Notes: generated by a model from the sequence alone, not told the origin. 63,953 nt of DNA, filler included, from Reticulomyxa filosa (GCA_000512085.1; 24 parts of 24 records of this genome joined end to end with filler, not necessarily neighbours in it); one strand, 5' to 3'. Shown: positions 1 through 12,644, counted from the first letter of the whole stretch. Numbers and translations are program-made.

Positions 1-1757
1 AATCGACTTTGGCGTCTTCTTTGTCAAGATCAGCACTTTGATTATTTGATGACTTCGATGTAGTTCTTTTTGTCTTATGGTAGCGAGATCGTCGTTGCCA
101 TTTTCATTTTCTTTTCATTATGCCCAAATTCTTGAATGGGCTTTTTTTTTACAAGCAACTAACCAATGTTCATGACCTATTTTCGTGTATGTATATATAA
201 TTTTTGAAAGACGTTTTTTGGTTTGTCTTTTTGGAAATAGATATAGAAAGGAAAAAAAGACAAACTGTTTGTTGATGAAAATGTTTGGACTATTGATGCA
301 TTGAAAATAATATCAATACAATATAGCTGGCAATGTAGTCCAATTTTTGCTGATTCGAACAATTTTTCGCTCCAAGTGTTTTGTATCTTATTCTAAATAC
401 AATACATCAATATACATTTTTTATAGCAATTATTTTCTCATTTCCTCCTGAGAATATAAAAGTATAAAATAATATAATCGATCATCTTCTGAATCAATGC
501 ACTGAATCATTGGACGACGGTCAAATTCGATATTGGCGATATTTAAACCATTTTCAAGAATAGTTTTTTATTTTCTGGAAATTGATGGATTGATACTAAC
601 AGCAAGTAGAAATGAGAAGACAGTCGCTGCACGTCGATTTGAAAATAGTCGATCACAAGTTCTAATATTGTTTATTCCAATCTTTGATTGATTTTATTGG
701 CGCTAATGTAAAGGAGACTTCTGTCGGATATCACGCCAAATGATGAGCGTTAAAATTATTACTCAAAGAAAAATCTACTGCCTTGATATGAACACACGAA
801 TATCGAATGAAATACTTTTGATCATTGAATGTTCATTGTCCGTGTTAAATTGCACTTTTGGTTTTCTTTTCGGTGCCAATCTATTATTATTTATTATTAT
901 CATTATTGTTGTTGAAATAGATGTATAATTTGTATAGATTTGGAAGAAACGCATATGCTATTATTTACATCTTTTCATCATTATTTTGATTTTCTTAATC
1001 TTGTTCCAAATGCAACTATCCAATTATTGCTTCCTTCTTCCTGGTATGGTCCACAATTCTACAGTTGCTTTGCCTATTTTTATGTATTATTGTGTCATTG
1101 TTTCATTTCACGACTAAAAAAAATATTTCTTGCAGGAAAATAACCACGAAACAAGTATCATCAACGACCATAAACTCTTCAAAACAAGTCTTCTACCAAT
1201 TCAATGTTTCTTGCTTGCATCTCATTTATACAGTTTTTGTTGTTTTGACTGCTGACTCAGATTTGCAAATTGGATTTGTCGATTGTTTCTCGACTGGCTT
1301 GTATTTTTTTAAGATTGACTTCAAATCGAATAATCTTAATTTCAATTGGTCGATGATATTCTCAGGTTTTTCAATTTTGATAACGCTTGTGTGAGTCCGT
1401 GTGCTTCCACAGCACAATACAATTGCATATCATTTTTGATAAAGCATATGTTGATATCAAATTTGTATTATTCTTATTTGGTTGCGGCTGGTAGTGGTGG
1501 TCGGTACCATAATCTTTCTATTCTCCCTTGTGATATGTTTCAATCTTGTCATTTGTGAAATTAACACGCTTGAATCTTTTTCGGATAGAGTTTGACAAGT
1601 GGGGATCACTTATTTCATCATTTCCGGTCATGGTGTTAAATGAGTCCTAAAAAAAAAGTTTGACTCCGGCAACTTGCACAAATTTTTTTTTTTGATCATT
1701 TAGAATCATTCCATGCAAACGCAGCTGTTGAACCGTTTCCCAAATATATAAAAAGCC

Positions 1758-2598
1758 AGGAATTCCTTGTCGCCTTTGTTCACATTGATGTACAACGAGA
1801 TAAATGCGTTCGTGATTTGAGTGGTCCAGTTTTTTTTACGAGTCGGTGATCTTGGCAGTATTGTCATTCAAGTCCTACGTGAGAATTGATTGATTCCAGA
1901 TATTTTGAACATTTTTGCTCCATCGTTGGATCCATTTTGGTTGCTTTCGCGATCTCAGAACCCACCACGATACGAAATTGCAATTTCTCACGTTTTTCTG
2001 GATAAATCTAATCAAAGGCGATCGATTCGTTCGGGTGCAATTAATTGATTCATGCTCATGTATCATTGCTTGAAACCTTTTTTTTTGTATACGTTTAGTG
2101 AAGTGTTCGTCCAAATCATGTCAATGTACTTAAAAAATAAAAAAAAGTTATTTTAACTTGTTTAATTTCGATGATTTCTTCAAAGTTGTTGCGAATGAAA
2201 TGCCCTGTCGGGAAAAAATGTGGCGCATTTAATCAAGACACGTGAATATTCTTGTAGCTAATGCGATTTCAACATACACTTCAAATTCTTATGCTTTGAT
2301 ATCGTTTTCAGTTTTTTTTACCAACAATTTGACAATGCGTATATAGTTGCCCACTTCATCCGCTGCAAAGGGCTCCGAGAATTTGTCCATCTGTACGACT
2401 TTTGGGATATCCAAGCATGACAGTTTCTTTCTGATATTTCTGTCCTTTCGAAGATTGAGCTCATATCGTCTGGTATTAAATAGTTAACACAATTACATTA
2501 GTATCATTGTTGTTATTATTTGAAACAAACAAAAAACAAATACTTTCTTTTTCTGATATACTATACCACAAAAAATCAAAGATAATCCTGTTAAATCA
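1758..2598 (-). pseudogene. Degenerate copy of an unidentified spliced multicopy gene; paralogous to 5873-6620 (+)
   Basis: The reverse complement aligns along its length with 5873-6620 (e.g. TTGTACATCAATGTGAACAAAGGCGACAAGGAATTCCT is shared). Both copies carry a GTATTTG...AATACCAG intron. The frame FDFLWYSISEKE..YELNLRKDRNIRKKLSCLDIPKVVQMDKFSEPFAADEV is broken by stops and frameshifts. Confidence 0.7.
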
Positions 2599-2890
2599 AA
2601 TGATGTATATAAAATTTCACAAATCACTTCCTTTGCCCAATTGAGAGCATTCAATGTGAAATACAGTTTTTTCTTTGGTGACTAGATCGATCAACGCGAG
2701 GTCTTCCATGTATTTTTCATTAATCTTTACTTCGTGCATTGCAGTTTCTTTGCCCAAAATTTTGGACCAAGACTCGGGACTGTGCCAATCAAAATTTCCA
2801 AGTCTCAAATACGTGAACTCGGGGTGAAGCTCTTGTTTCTACGACACTTTTTTTAAAGCAGATACTAGGTTTTTCACTCGTGCTGATGGC

Positions 2891-2990
2891 NNNNNNNNNN
2901 NNNNNNNNNNNNNNNNNNNNNNNNNNNNNNNNNNTTAATTAATTAANNNNNNNNNNNNNNNNNNNNNNNNNNNNNNNNNNNNNNNNNNNN
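2891..2990. other. Artificial contig-joining spacer (first of 23)
   Basis: N-run + TTAATTAATTAA + N-run, 100 nt. Copies start at 2891, 4455, 6646, 8472, 10173, 11591, 13551, 16619, 19139, 22621, 25872, 27128, 29413, 31346, 35712, 36819, 43351, 45266, 47128, 52592, 59493, 61626 and 62816. Confidence 0.98.
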
Positions 2991-3058
2991 CCAATGAATG
3001 CACCGAATATTAATCTATTTTTTTTTTTTTTTTTTATAAAATAAAAAAACAAACAAAC

Positions 3059-3796
3059 TTGAAAGTCCTCCAGCTCTGGTGTTTTCTCTTTGGTTTGTAA
3101 CGTAAAGTCCGTGACATAAGTTCGGAGGATGTTTGTTTCAAAATTTCGATACAGTTCCCAAATGCGTGCCCCTTTTGCAAAATCATATCCCACCGCATCC
3201 GTCGCTGCTTTGAACAGAGACCGTTTGAAACTCAACACGGTCTTATGGTCTTCCCATCGTATTACACTTGACTTTTTCAACCTCTCGTCCATCTTCTCTT
3301 CTTCACGTTTTTGATTGGCTGACTTGCCAGTATCAGACACATCGCTCAGCTTGATTGTGCCCACAACAAACTGCAAATAAGACAACCACAAGTCCGCCGA
3401 ACCTTTGAAATCTTTCGTCGCATTACTGTACATTTGCAATATTCGATCGAATTTTTTTTGTTGGGTCTCTTCTTTGTCATCTGAATCATTGTCCAACTCC
3501 TCACGCTCTGCATCGATCCACGATTGCCACACTGTTGGAGGAATCACAAACAGCCGGTGCATTGTCTCATATGCCGCTCGTATTTTTTTCTTGTCATTCA
3601 GGCCTTTTAATGCCTCAATCACGTTCAAATGGCTTTGGAAGTTTCTTGGGTCTTGCGATAATGCGTTTCGGCATTCTTGCAGGTGCTCCTGTTTATGTCT
3701 TAGCTCTTTCAAATTATTTGCCTCTGGAGTAATGCTTATATCTTCTATGCGCGTCAATAGATCATTCTTTTGAGCTTGTTCCATTTTTTTTGTCAT
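3059..3796 (-). CDS. SART3: SART3/Prp24-like HAT-repeat protein, first exon (3'-partial)
   Basis: HAT motifs: DPRNFQSHLNVIEALK, RAAYETMHRLFVIPPTVWQSWIDAE, ADLWLSYLQF, FKAATDAVGYDFAKGARIWELYRNFE. The exon ends at a GTTTGT donor at 3058. Confidence 0.75.
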
Positions 3797-4025
3797 GACT
3801 ACAAAATATCCTACCTATTTCTCTTACCCTTTTATCCCTTGAGAGTACTTTTTTGCGCTTGGGACGAATTAATTCGTTGATACTGCACACTTTGCAATAA
3901 ATGTTGTTTTTCATTGATCTCTGACGAAACTTTGTGGTCTTAGTATTTTGTGAAAACTGAAAGCAATTTGAGCACTTTTTCCGTTACAGAACCCTTAAAA
4001 AAAAAAAAAGAATAATTAAGTAAGA

Positions 4026-4326
4026 ATGAAAGATATTTTGCTTCTCTTAGGTTTCTTAGCTTTGCTGCTTGTACAGCAAATGAGTATCGTTTCAGGGACG
4101 TTCAATTGCGAAGCAAATAAGGATTGTAACGTGATTTGCACAAGTGCAAACAGCACATGCAATCACCAGAGAATAAATTGTCCAACGAGCAACACGACAA
4201 AAGGTTACACTTGCAGTGTGTTGTGTCAGGATGCGTACTCATGTTTTGGTGTAATGATCGAAGCAGGAACCGGTGTATCAACGCTTAAATTTGCAGCACT
4301 TCAATCGAACGTCTCAAAAAACGCAG
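4026..4326 (+). CDS. Secreted cysteine-rich protein, first exon (partial)
   Basis: Signal-peptide-like MKDILLLLGFLALLLVQQ followed by C-x2/3-C-rich units (CNVICTSANSTCNHQRINCP, CSVLCQDAYSC). Divergent from the SART3-like gene, about 230 bp apart. Donor CAG|GTTTGT. Confidence 0.65.
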
Positions 4327-4554
4327 GTTTGTCAGTTTGGATTATTTTTTTTTAAAATTTTCTACAAAAAAAAAAAAAAAGAAAATTATTTGAAGGGGAG
4401 AGGGGGAGCATTAGTATCAGATATTTCCAAGATTGTGAACAAAAAAAAAAAAAANNNNNNNNNNNNNNNNNNNNNNNNNNNNNNNNNNNNNNNNNNNNTT
4501 AATTAATTAANNNNNNNNNNNNNNNNNNNNNNNNNNNNNNNNNNNNNNNNNNNN

Positions 4555-4889
4555 TCAACCTTTTAGCAAATTTCGATTGTTCCAATTCGGCCCCAATTCG
4601 AACTCGCATCACTATTTGCCCTGTTCCGGATTTGAAATCTATGGCACAGTTGTATCGGGAGTCGACGCACCGAGCGAAGAGGACGGTCCCAAAGGCAACA
4701 AACGCATATTCAAGTACACGCAAGATATGGACTTTAATGGCTTGTTCTACTTTTTAGGCACAAATGGAGGAGAGCGACAATGGACCAATCCAGTCGATTT
4801 ACGATTGGTCAATGTGGACGCGTCGTCCTTAATAAGAAGAAAATTGTTAACTGGTGTATGGCCCCTAGTCTCCGAAAGGAGATATACAG
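4555..4889 (+). CDS. HECTD1-like / F5-8-type beta-sandwich repeat, internal exon
   Basis: HYLPCSGFEIYG followed by FKYTQDMDFNGLFYFLGTNGG..WTNPVDLRLVNVDASS resembles the domain shared by HECTD1 and plant BTB/POZ proteins. Confidence 0.65.
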
Positions 4890-5344
4890 GTTTGAAATCT
4901 ATTTATTTATTTATTTATTTTTTTAATATATTAAATTATGATTTGTTTGATAATAGCCGTCAAAAGTATCGGAAAAAAAAAAAAAAGAAAAGTTTTAACT
5001 CACCGCATATATGAAGAAAAAATTGGGGTTGAAGTCCATACCGCATGGAAAAAAAATAAATAAGGGTTTGTACATTTATTTGTACGTTTTCTTTATCATA
5101 AAAATGATTTTGTTTGTTTGTGTTCATCAATAGGCATGCCCCCGTCAATGCAAATATATATTTTTTTGCCCCCTTCCCATCATAACAAATTGTTTTTTTG
5201 ATGCTTTGCATCACAACACAAGAAAAAAAGTAAAATAGGAATTGGATGATTGGAAATTGGAGCTTTGCTCCGTTCAACAAAGGTATTATTTTTGTTTGTT
5301 TTTCTTTAAAAAATAAAAAAAGTTATTTGCTGTTTGACAGATGT

Positions 5345-5680
5345 TCAAGACTCAAGAAAAAATTATAAATATTGTTTGGAAAAAAAAGATTGGGATATGA
5401 GGGATGATAGTAAATTATGAAAAAAATAATTGAAAAAAAGATTGGGAAAATATGGGTAAAAAATTGTTGGGAAAAAAAGGGAAAAAAAAGGGAAAAATAG
5501 AGAAAAATGAAATTTTTTGAAAATAAAATGAATAAGAAAAATAAAAAAGAAGAAAAATATAAAAATGAGAAAAAAAAAAGAAAAGATAAAAATGAATAAA
5601 ATAAAGATGAAAAAAAAATTAAGAAAAATAAGAAAGAAAAAAAAGAAAATTTTTTTTTTTGATTTATTTTTAAAAATCTA
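5345..5680. repeat. Purine-rich A/G low-complexity tract
   Basis: Nearly C-free stretch of A-runs interrupted by G, GG or T. Confidence 0.7.
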
Positions 5681-5872
5681 AAAATGTTTGAAATGATTTA
5701 GATTGACGAATGGGCCACTTGAAGTGTACGCAACGTTGATATTGCTGTCATCTTATGAACTTTTGTATGTGGAGCAATTTTAATTGTTACAGTTGGACGG
5801 TGATGCGTTTTTGTTCGTTAGTAGTGCTGGTTTACTGGTGGTCTTGTGTGCATAGTGACTGCATTGGATTTA

Positions 5873-6620
5873 TGATTTAACCGGATTATCTTTGATTTTT
5901 TTTGTAGTATGGTATATCAGAAAAAGATAGAAAGTATTTGCTTTTGTTGTTTTTTTATTTGTTTCAAGTAACAATAACAATAATGTAAATGAATACCAGG
6001 TGATATGAACTCAATCTATCGGAATGGCAGAAATATCAGAAAGAAACTGTCGTACTTGGATATCACAAAAGTCTTGCAGGTGGACAAATTCTCGGAATCC
6101 TTTGCAGCAGATGAAGTGGCAACTATATACTCATTGGCAAATTGTTTAGTAAAAAAAAAGGGAAAAACGATATCAAAGTATAAGAATTTGAAGTGGATGT
6201 TAAAATCACATTAGTTACCGGAATATTCCAGTGTCTTGATTAAATACGCCACATTTTTTCCACACAAGGCATTCTATTCGCAACAACTTCGAAGAAACAA
6301 TGGAAATCAAACAAGTTAAAATAACAATTTATTTTTTTTTGAAGTACATGGACAAATATTTCACTAAACGTATATAAAAAAAAGGCTTTAAGCAATGATA
6401 CAGTAGAATTAATTGAATTGTACCCGAACGAATTGTCAGCAAAACGTGAGTAATTGCAATTTCATATCGTACTGGGTTTTGAAATCGCGAAAGCAACCAA
6501 AAGGAGCCAACAATGGAGCAAAAATGCTCAACAAATCCGGAATCGATCAATCTTCACTCAAACAACGAATGCATTTGTCTCATTGTACATCAATGTGAAC
6601 AAAGGCGACAAGGAATTCCT
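5873..6620 (+). pseudogene. Second degenerate copy of the family at 1758-2598
   Basis: NIRKKLSYLDITKVLQVDKFSESFAADEV, LGFEIAKATK and TNAFVSLYINVNKGDKEFL match the copy in contig 1. The frameshifts differ between the two copies. Confidence 0.7.
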
Positions 6621-6745
6621 GCATTTGCGCGTGGTGGATCGACATNNNNNNNNNNNNNNNNNNNNNNNNNNNNNNNNNNNNNNNNNNNNTTAATTAATTA
6701 ANNNNNNNNNNNNNNNNNNNNNNNNNNNNNNNNNNNNNNNNNNNN

Positions 6746-6897
6746 TGATTAATTCCAATTCCAATGCCACCATGCATACCAGCAGCAAAGTTAACATATC
6801 TGTCTTACCATTATATCGGATGCTTGAACCAATTCCATGTGGGGTATTTTGTCACAACATGGCTTGCAGGTAGAGCCGATTGGGGTAAAGACACCTT
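6746..6897. repeat. Left arm of a perfect 152-bp inverted repeat
   Basis: Exact reverse complement of 8300-8451, checked base by base. Confidence 0.95.
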
Positions 6898-8299
6898 GCC
6901 TCGACCGTCCGGATCGCCTTCGCAAGCCTTGATGTCAATATACGGGTAAGCTTTAAAGCACTTCCACCTCTCACAGTCACACCACTCGAAGATGAATTGA
7001 AACAAAAATGTTGCCAAATGGTGAAAAAGGCTAAAACCCACACAATACTAACAATATCACAAAAATCCATAAAAAAATTTTTAAGTAAAAAAAATTTTCG
7101 GACTTTGACTTGAGGATTCTTGTTGTGTTGAAACGACTTGGTGAACAAATGTCCAAGAATTGCTTACAGATACCAATTGTATTGTCCCTGCAAATGAAAC
7201 AATTCATTGATCGATCGTATAAACCAAAGTTGTGAAAACATAAGCCAAGTTCGTAGTTGATACTAAGAGAAATATTTGAACATTTGTCAAGTTTCTTCAA
7301 AACAAATCTCAATTTAAATTGAAATAACTTTATTTTTTCTTTTGATTATTTTGCATGGACCTTTTGATTGTTGTAAGATTTTATGTGTCTTTCTTTTGTT
7401 TTATTTTTTTTTTGAGTTTGTGCAAGTAGAGAGGGCAAAAAGCATTGCGAGTTGAGGATGAAGCGAGAGAGTTGTCCAACACTTGACACGCCCCACTGCA
7501 ATCCATCTAAAATAACATTTGATTGTGGATATTATCTGGACCTTGCGCTTTGTACGGCGACAAATGTTATTTGGAATTGCATGAGAATCAGGTTCAAATA
7601 TCAGCACTCCAGCCTCAGCTGCATGGATACAACTACGGGATAATATCGATAGTTTGCCAATCCGTGAGATATAATTTATATGTGTCTTTGGTCTTGATTC
7701 GTTCCAAATCTTGTATGCCAATACAAGATTATGACCATTGAATCGACCTGACCATCTGATATATTTGTGATACAACTTTACCTCTTCTTGTCTTCGTCGA
7801 TATTCAAGAAGATATATTTTTTTAGATGGGTTGCAGCAAATATAAATGTGTGTTAAATTAACGAGGAAGGAAGATGCATTCCTGAAGAGAAAAGCATATC
7901 ATTCCATTAAATCAAAAAGAATTACCCTTATACTGATGCTGCCAAAAGACAAAGATCAAATGGAAATAGCCCACAAAAACCAAAGAAAAGAACAATAGAA
8001 GAAGAATAAGAAAAAGATCAACAACGATCAAAAGCAGAAAAATAAAAAATCTGATGAAATTTTATCGCTAAGACGTGAATTGGCAGTGATGAATCCTTAT
8101 TGATTCAGATGGGGATTGGTAATAGATCAAGAGATGAAATTAACATTAAGAATACCAATATGTAAACAGATCTATGATCAGTCTGTTCTGCAGTTTCTAT
8201 CGAAATCTGCAGTATAATCAATTTAAAAAAAAAAATTAATATTTACCCCTTTATCATTAATATTAACTTTTCTTAAAAAGTTGTATTTTGAAAGAGATT

Positions 8300-8451
8300 A
8301 AGGTGTCTTTACCCCAATCGGCTCTACCTGCAAGCCATGTTGTGACAAAATACCCCACATGGAATTGGTTCAAGCATCCGATATAATGGTAAGACAGATA
8401 TGTTAACTTTGCTGCTGGTATGCATGGTGGCATTGGAATTGGAATTAATCA
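8300..8451. repeat. Right arm of a perfect 152-bp inverted repeat
   Basis: AAGGTGTCTTTACCCC...GGAATTAATCA is the reverse complement of 6746-6897. Confidence 0.95.
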
Positions 8452-8571
8452 TGGGATTGATATTTCAAATTNNNNNNNNNNNNNNNNNNNNNNNNNNNNN
8501 NNNNNNNNNNNNNNNTTAATTAATTAANNNNNNNNNNNNNNNNNNNNNNNNNNNNNNNNNNNNNNNNNNNN

Positions 8572-10172
8572 GATACCACAGCTCTATCTTGTAATTTTCT
8601 ACGAACAAAATCTTGAGATTTACAAATTTGTTTAGCAATTCTATTCACTCCTTTCTCAAATATTTTATGAATATTTTGATGTAAATGTTGTTTCCAATTT
8701 TTTGTCATTTCCAAAATATATTGTTGTTCATCCAAATTGGATAAGGATCCAAACTGCCAAATATAAAATTTCACTGTTTCACTCAATGGAGAAACACGAT
8801 ATATAAATGTACTCAATTTATCACATTGAAATCATTCAATATCTTTTTTTGTAAGTTTACGTGGATGATAAGGATTACATGCAGCAATGATTTTTATCTC
8901 ATTGGATAATTTCACTCCATCAAGACTGTGATTACAAATTAGTTCAGTAAACCATCCAATATCTGGTGATGTATTAAATTCATCTAAAAATAGCCATATT
9001 TCTTTGGATTTAGTTTTTTTGTCCATGTTTTCTTCTTTTGAATCTGTAATATCAAAACCATTACCACCATTAATTTTTCTCAATTTTTCTTCGAATTCCT
9101 CAATTGCTTGACGAATATGAATTCTTTCAAATCCTCCATGAATTTCCACTTCCTCTTTTTGTTTTTCCTATATTTAACATAGAATTGAAACAATTTAAAA
9201 TCATAAAATAATATGATATTATTTTTTTTTGTCTAATCTGATCTTTCCAAGTAATAATGAAGCAAAATAAATACAAAATAATCTTTAGTGTATATATCAA
9301 ATATATATGTATATGTATTTTGAATTGGAATTTACATACCATCTTGATTGATCAAATACAAAAATTTCTTAGATTTTTTCCATTTTTTACATAAAAAAAA
9401 TTCAATATCTTTTTCTTCGACGGTTATATGATTGTACGAGTGAAGACACAAATCTTGGGCAGTAATCAATGGCGCATTCGGTTGCCTCGTGCTTATATTG
9501 AATAAAATGATCAAAGACCACTTTTTCTTTCAAATATAATGAAGCGACTAATGTCATAAACTGTACATACAAATAATTGAAAAACATATCTTGTTGCAAT
9601 ACACTGGAATCCATTACTTTAGAGAACCACTTTTTCATAAAAGTTTCGCATTCTGATTGTGATAACTCGGGCATTTTATCAGGATCGTAGTCTGATCTTA
9701 CCTCATTCAATTGGGGGGGCTCTCCCCAGATCCAATTTGTCAATTTCCTTGACTTTTGCAATCTATTTTTTATAATTGAGTAAAAGGCCGTTTGCAAATT
9801 ATATATAAACATATATACATATATGTTAGCAATGATTCCAAACTTTAGATTATCGGAATAATACTCTTTCATCCATTTCAGACAATATTGAGCTTTCTCT
9901 TTATATAAAAAGGGATTGCTTGCTTTGTCGGCAGAGATCAAGGGGAACTTAATTTCAGAAAATAGAGTGTACAAGATATTATGTGGAGTATCTTGCACAT
10001 TATCAAATTTGGATGGTAGTTCGACGAAGAAAATCATATTTGGATTAACATGAAAGCTGGAGGGATGTGTATCAATGTGTTGTAAAAAAAACAATTGAAA
10101 AAACAAACCATTGATGTTTAGATTAACACAAGACGAGACATCCAAGTGATAGACAATAATGCAATCCTGCTC
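8572..10172 (-). pseudogene. RNF213/mysterin-like dynein-type AAA+ protein fragment, disrupted
   Basis: IIVYHLDVSSCVNLNINGLFFQLFFLQHI, EIHGG, Walker B WLFLDEFNT, IKIIAACNPY and IYRVSPLSETVKFYIWQFGSL occur in the RNF213 motif order. There is a frameshift near 9465, an in-frame TGA at 8832-8834, and no intact Walker A. Confidence 0.8.
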
Positions 10173-10272
10173 NNNNNNNNNNNNNNNNNNNNNNNNNNNN
10201 NNNNNNNNNNNNNNNNTTAATTAATTAANNNNNNNNNNNNNNNNNNNNNNNNNNNNNNNNNNNNNNNNNNNN

Positions 10273-11400
10273 ACTCCATATTTAAATACTTTTGTCATCT
10301 TGAATATGAAATATTTTGATTTGTTTTTCATATTCAAATAGTCTTATCCATTGAGTATAATATAGTCTTTGATCCATTGGATATGAACATGATACAATCT
10401 TGTAGCCATTATGTGAAAATTGAACCATATTTATTGCATTTGAATGTCTTTTTAATACGTGAAGTTGTTTCTTGGAATGTATCACATATCCAAATAGTAC
10501 TTACTATCTTCTGAATAAGATATTACTTTTGTTCCATCTAGTGAAAATTGATTATGCAAAGTAAGTGTCATTCCATGTTAATATTAGCCGAATTGAGTAT
10601 GATGATTGCATTTGCTGCTGTAATACTAACATTTTCATTATTCTTTGATGCTTTAATGATTCAAAATAATCTCAATTTTAAATTTACAAATATTGGATTT
10701 GTATCATAAACTCTTTTGACAATAAATTGAATAATCCCCAATTCTTCATTTAATAATACAATTGATAGAAAATTGCCGAATATTGCTTTAAATTGTTGTT
10801 GGGTATATCAAATATTATTTTTTGTGCAGCATAATATTATTAATATGACTTATGTAAAAATTGATATTTGTTATCACCAGCTCTTCTTAACACATATTTT
10901 GCAATACAAATTTACAAATATATTCAGTCCAGAAATATATCATTGATGTTGCTGTTATGTTTTTTTGAATCAGTTAAAACATGTTGAGTATCTTCATTTA
11001 ATACACGAATTCGACTTGTTACTATAATTTTTAAATTAATCATATTCTTACGAATAACATCCATCATCTTTTTATTGATTATTTTATTTGTAAGGTTTGT
11101 TTTTTCATTTAATTAATTATAACATTTTGACAATGAGATATAAACAGGAAGGATGTTTATGAAATTATTTACATGTTTCCCACAATGCTTCTTCTAAATG
11201 ACGATAAAATATACTTTTATCTGATCCTGATTTTCCTTTCAATACTTTCATTATTGTTGTTTTTCATTTTTTCTATTATCATAATTGTCTATGTGTGTAA
11301 TTATTTGCTGCAATGAAATTATAACTTTCCGAATTCATTTCACTCATAATATATTTTTTGAAATATTCAAGTTTTTTTGATTTCTTTTGCATCATTTAAT
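10273..11400 (-). pseudogene. NACHT-like NTPase + WD40 pseudogene
   Basis: Degenerate P-loop LKGKSGSDKSIFYRHLEEALWE (11213-11236), then LPVYISLSKCY and NLKIIVTSR, then the WD40 remnant HVLKRHSNAINMVQFSHNGYKIVSCS. Many stops. Confidence 0.7.
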
Positions 11401-11690
11401 TTTAGTCAATGTCTCATGGAAGCAAAAATATAAAGTTTATGCAATTGATTTTTTTAATCAATCGATTGAAAGAAAAGATAAAAAATGTTTTTTTTTTATG
11501 ATCGAAGAGCTAATTGAATTTGTTGTGTGTGTTTCAAATATTTGAATTACTTACTTACTTATTGTTTGTTTAAAAAAAAGCTTTTATACANNNNNNNNNN
11601 NNNNNNNNNNNNNNNNNNNNNNNNNNNNNNNNNNTTAATTAATTAANNNNNNNNNNNNNNNNNNNNNNNNNNNNNNNNNNNNNNNNNNNN

Positions 11691-12560
11691 AATTCACGCA
11701 CTTTAGTCTTCATGTGAGTTGATACTGCTGCATTATTTTTATTATTTCCTCCAATGATATGTAAATAATTGTTGTCTTCACTCAGTATTGCAACACAACC
11801 ACCTAATGGATTAGGTAAAGTGTTTTTAAATGTCATCCATTTATTCTCTCGAATTGAATACTTGTGTACTGATTTTGAATAAACGTAACTGTCATTCTTA
11901 TAACCGTATCCACCAAAGAACAAGATGATATAATTGATACACACATATGCATATGTATAGAATGGTGCAATATCATCACAAACAGGTAGTTGATGAAATT
12001 GAAAAGTGTTGTTATTTTCATCATATTCAATTGATAGTCCTGTATTATCTTTAAACAATAGCATTTGATAATTTTGTTTATTTTTTTCTTCATTTATTTT
12101 CATCTTTTTTTGTCATTGTTTATTTTCTGAATTTGATATAAAGCAATGAAAACAAATTATACTGTCAGTCGGTAAAGTATCATGTTTAATAAATTAAAAT
12201 ATATTTAAATCAAATACTGATATTATTTTTAACATAAGTGATAAATAACAAGTGATTGTTGCTTCCACCAATCACTGCACGTATTCCTTTATAATCATCA
12301 TCTCTTCCAATGACAATTTGATGATTGTGATTGTCTGCCAAAGAAATCCATTCATTGTAATTGTTTGATATATTACTCCAAACACTTGCATATTTCATCA
12401 CCAATGTATGTTTACAATGTCCACCAAAAGACAATAAAGTGATTTGATCACTATCTTTGTTGTTGTTAGTTTCACTACACAGTGCCCCCATAATTTAACA
12501 TTACTTGGATACACACAGATAAACTTGTATTCATTTTTGAGTGTATAAGAATAACAAAAA
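11691..12560 (-). pseudogene. Kelch-repeat protein, disrupted/partial
   Basis: Kelch blades ILFFGGYG...SVHKYSIRENKW, YLHIIGG and LLSFGG. Stop/frameshift near 12110-12210. Confidence 0.75.
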
Positions 12561-12644
12561 AGTCATCCTTTTAAAAGTAAAACTAAAGTGTATGATGTGA
12601 CTAGGAAAATAAAAATTATGATTTTTATATGAATTATCTGTTAT

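Noticed and set aside
8832-8834. In-frame TGA as evidence for stop-codon reassignment or selenocysteine
   Set aside because: The same gene also has a frameshift and a deletion, and conserved genes here (PIG-A, UBR) terminate at TGA.
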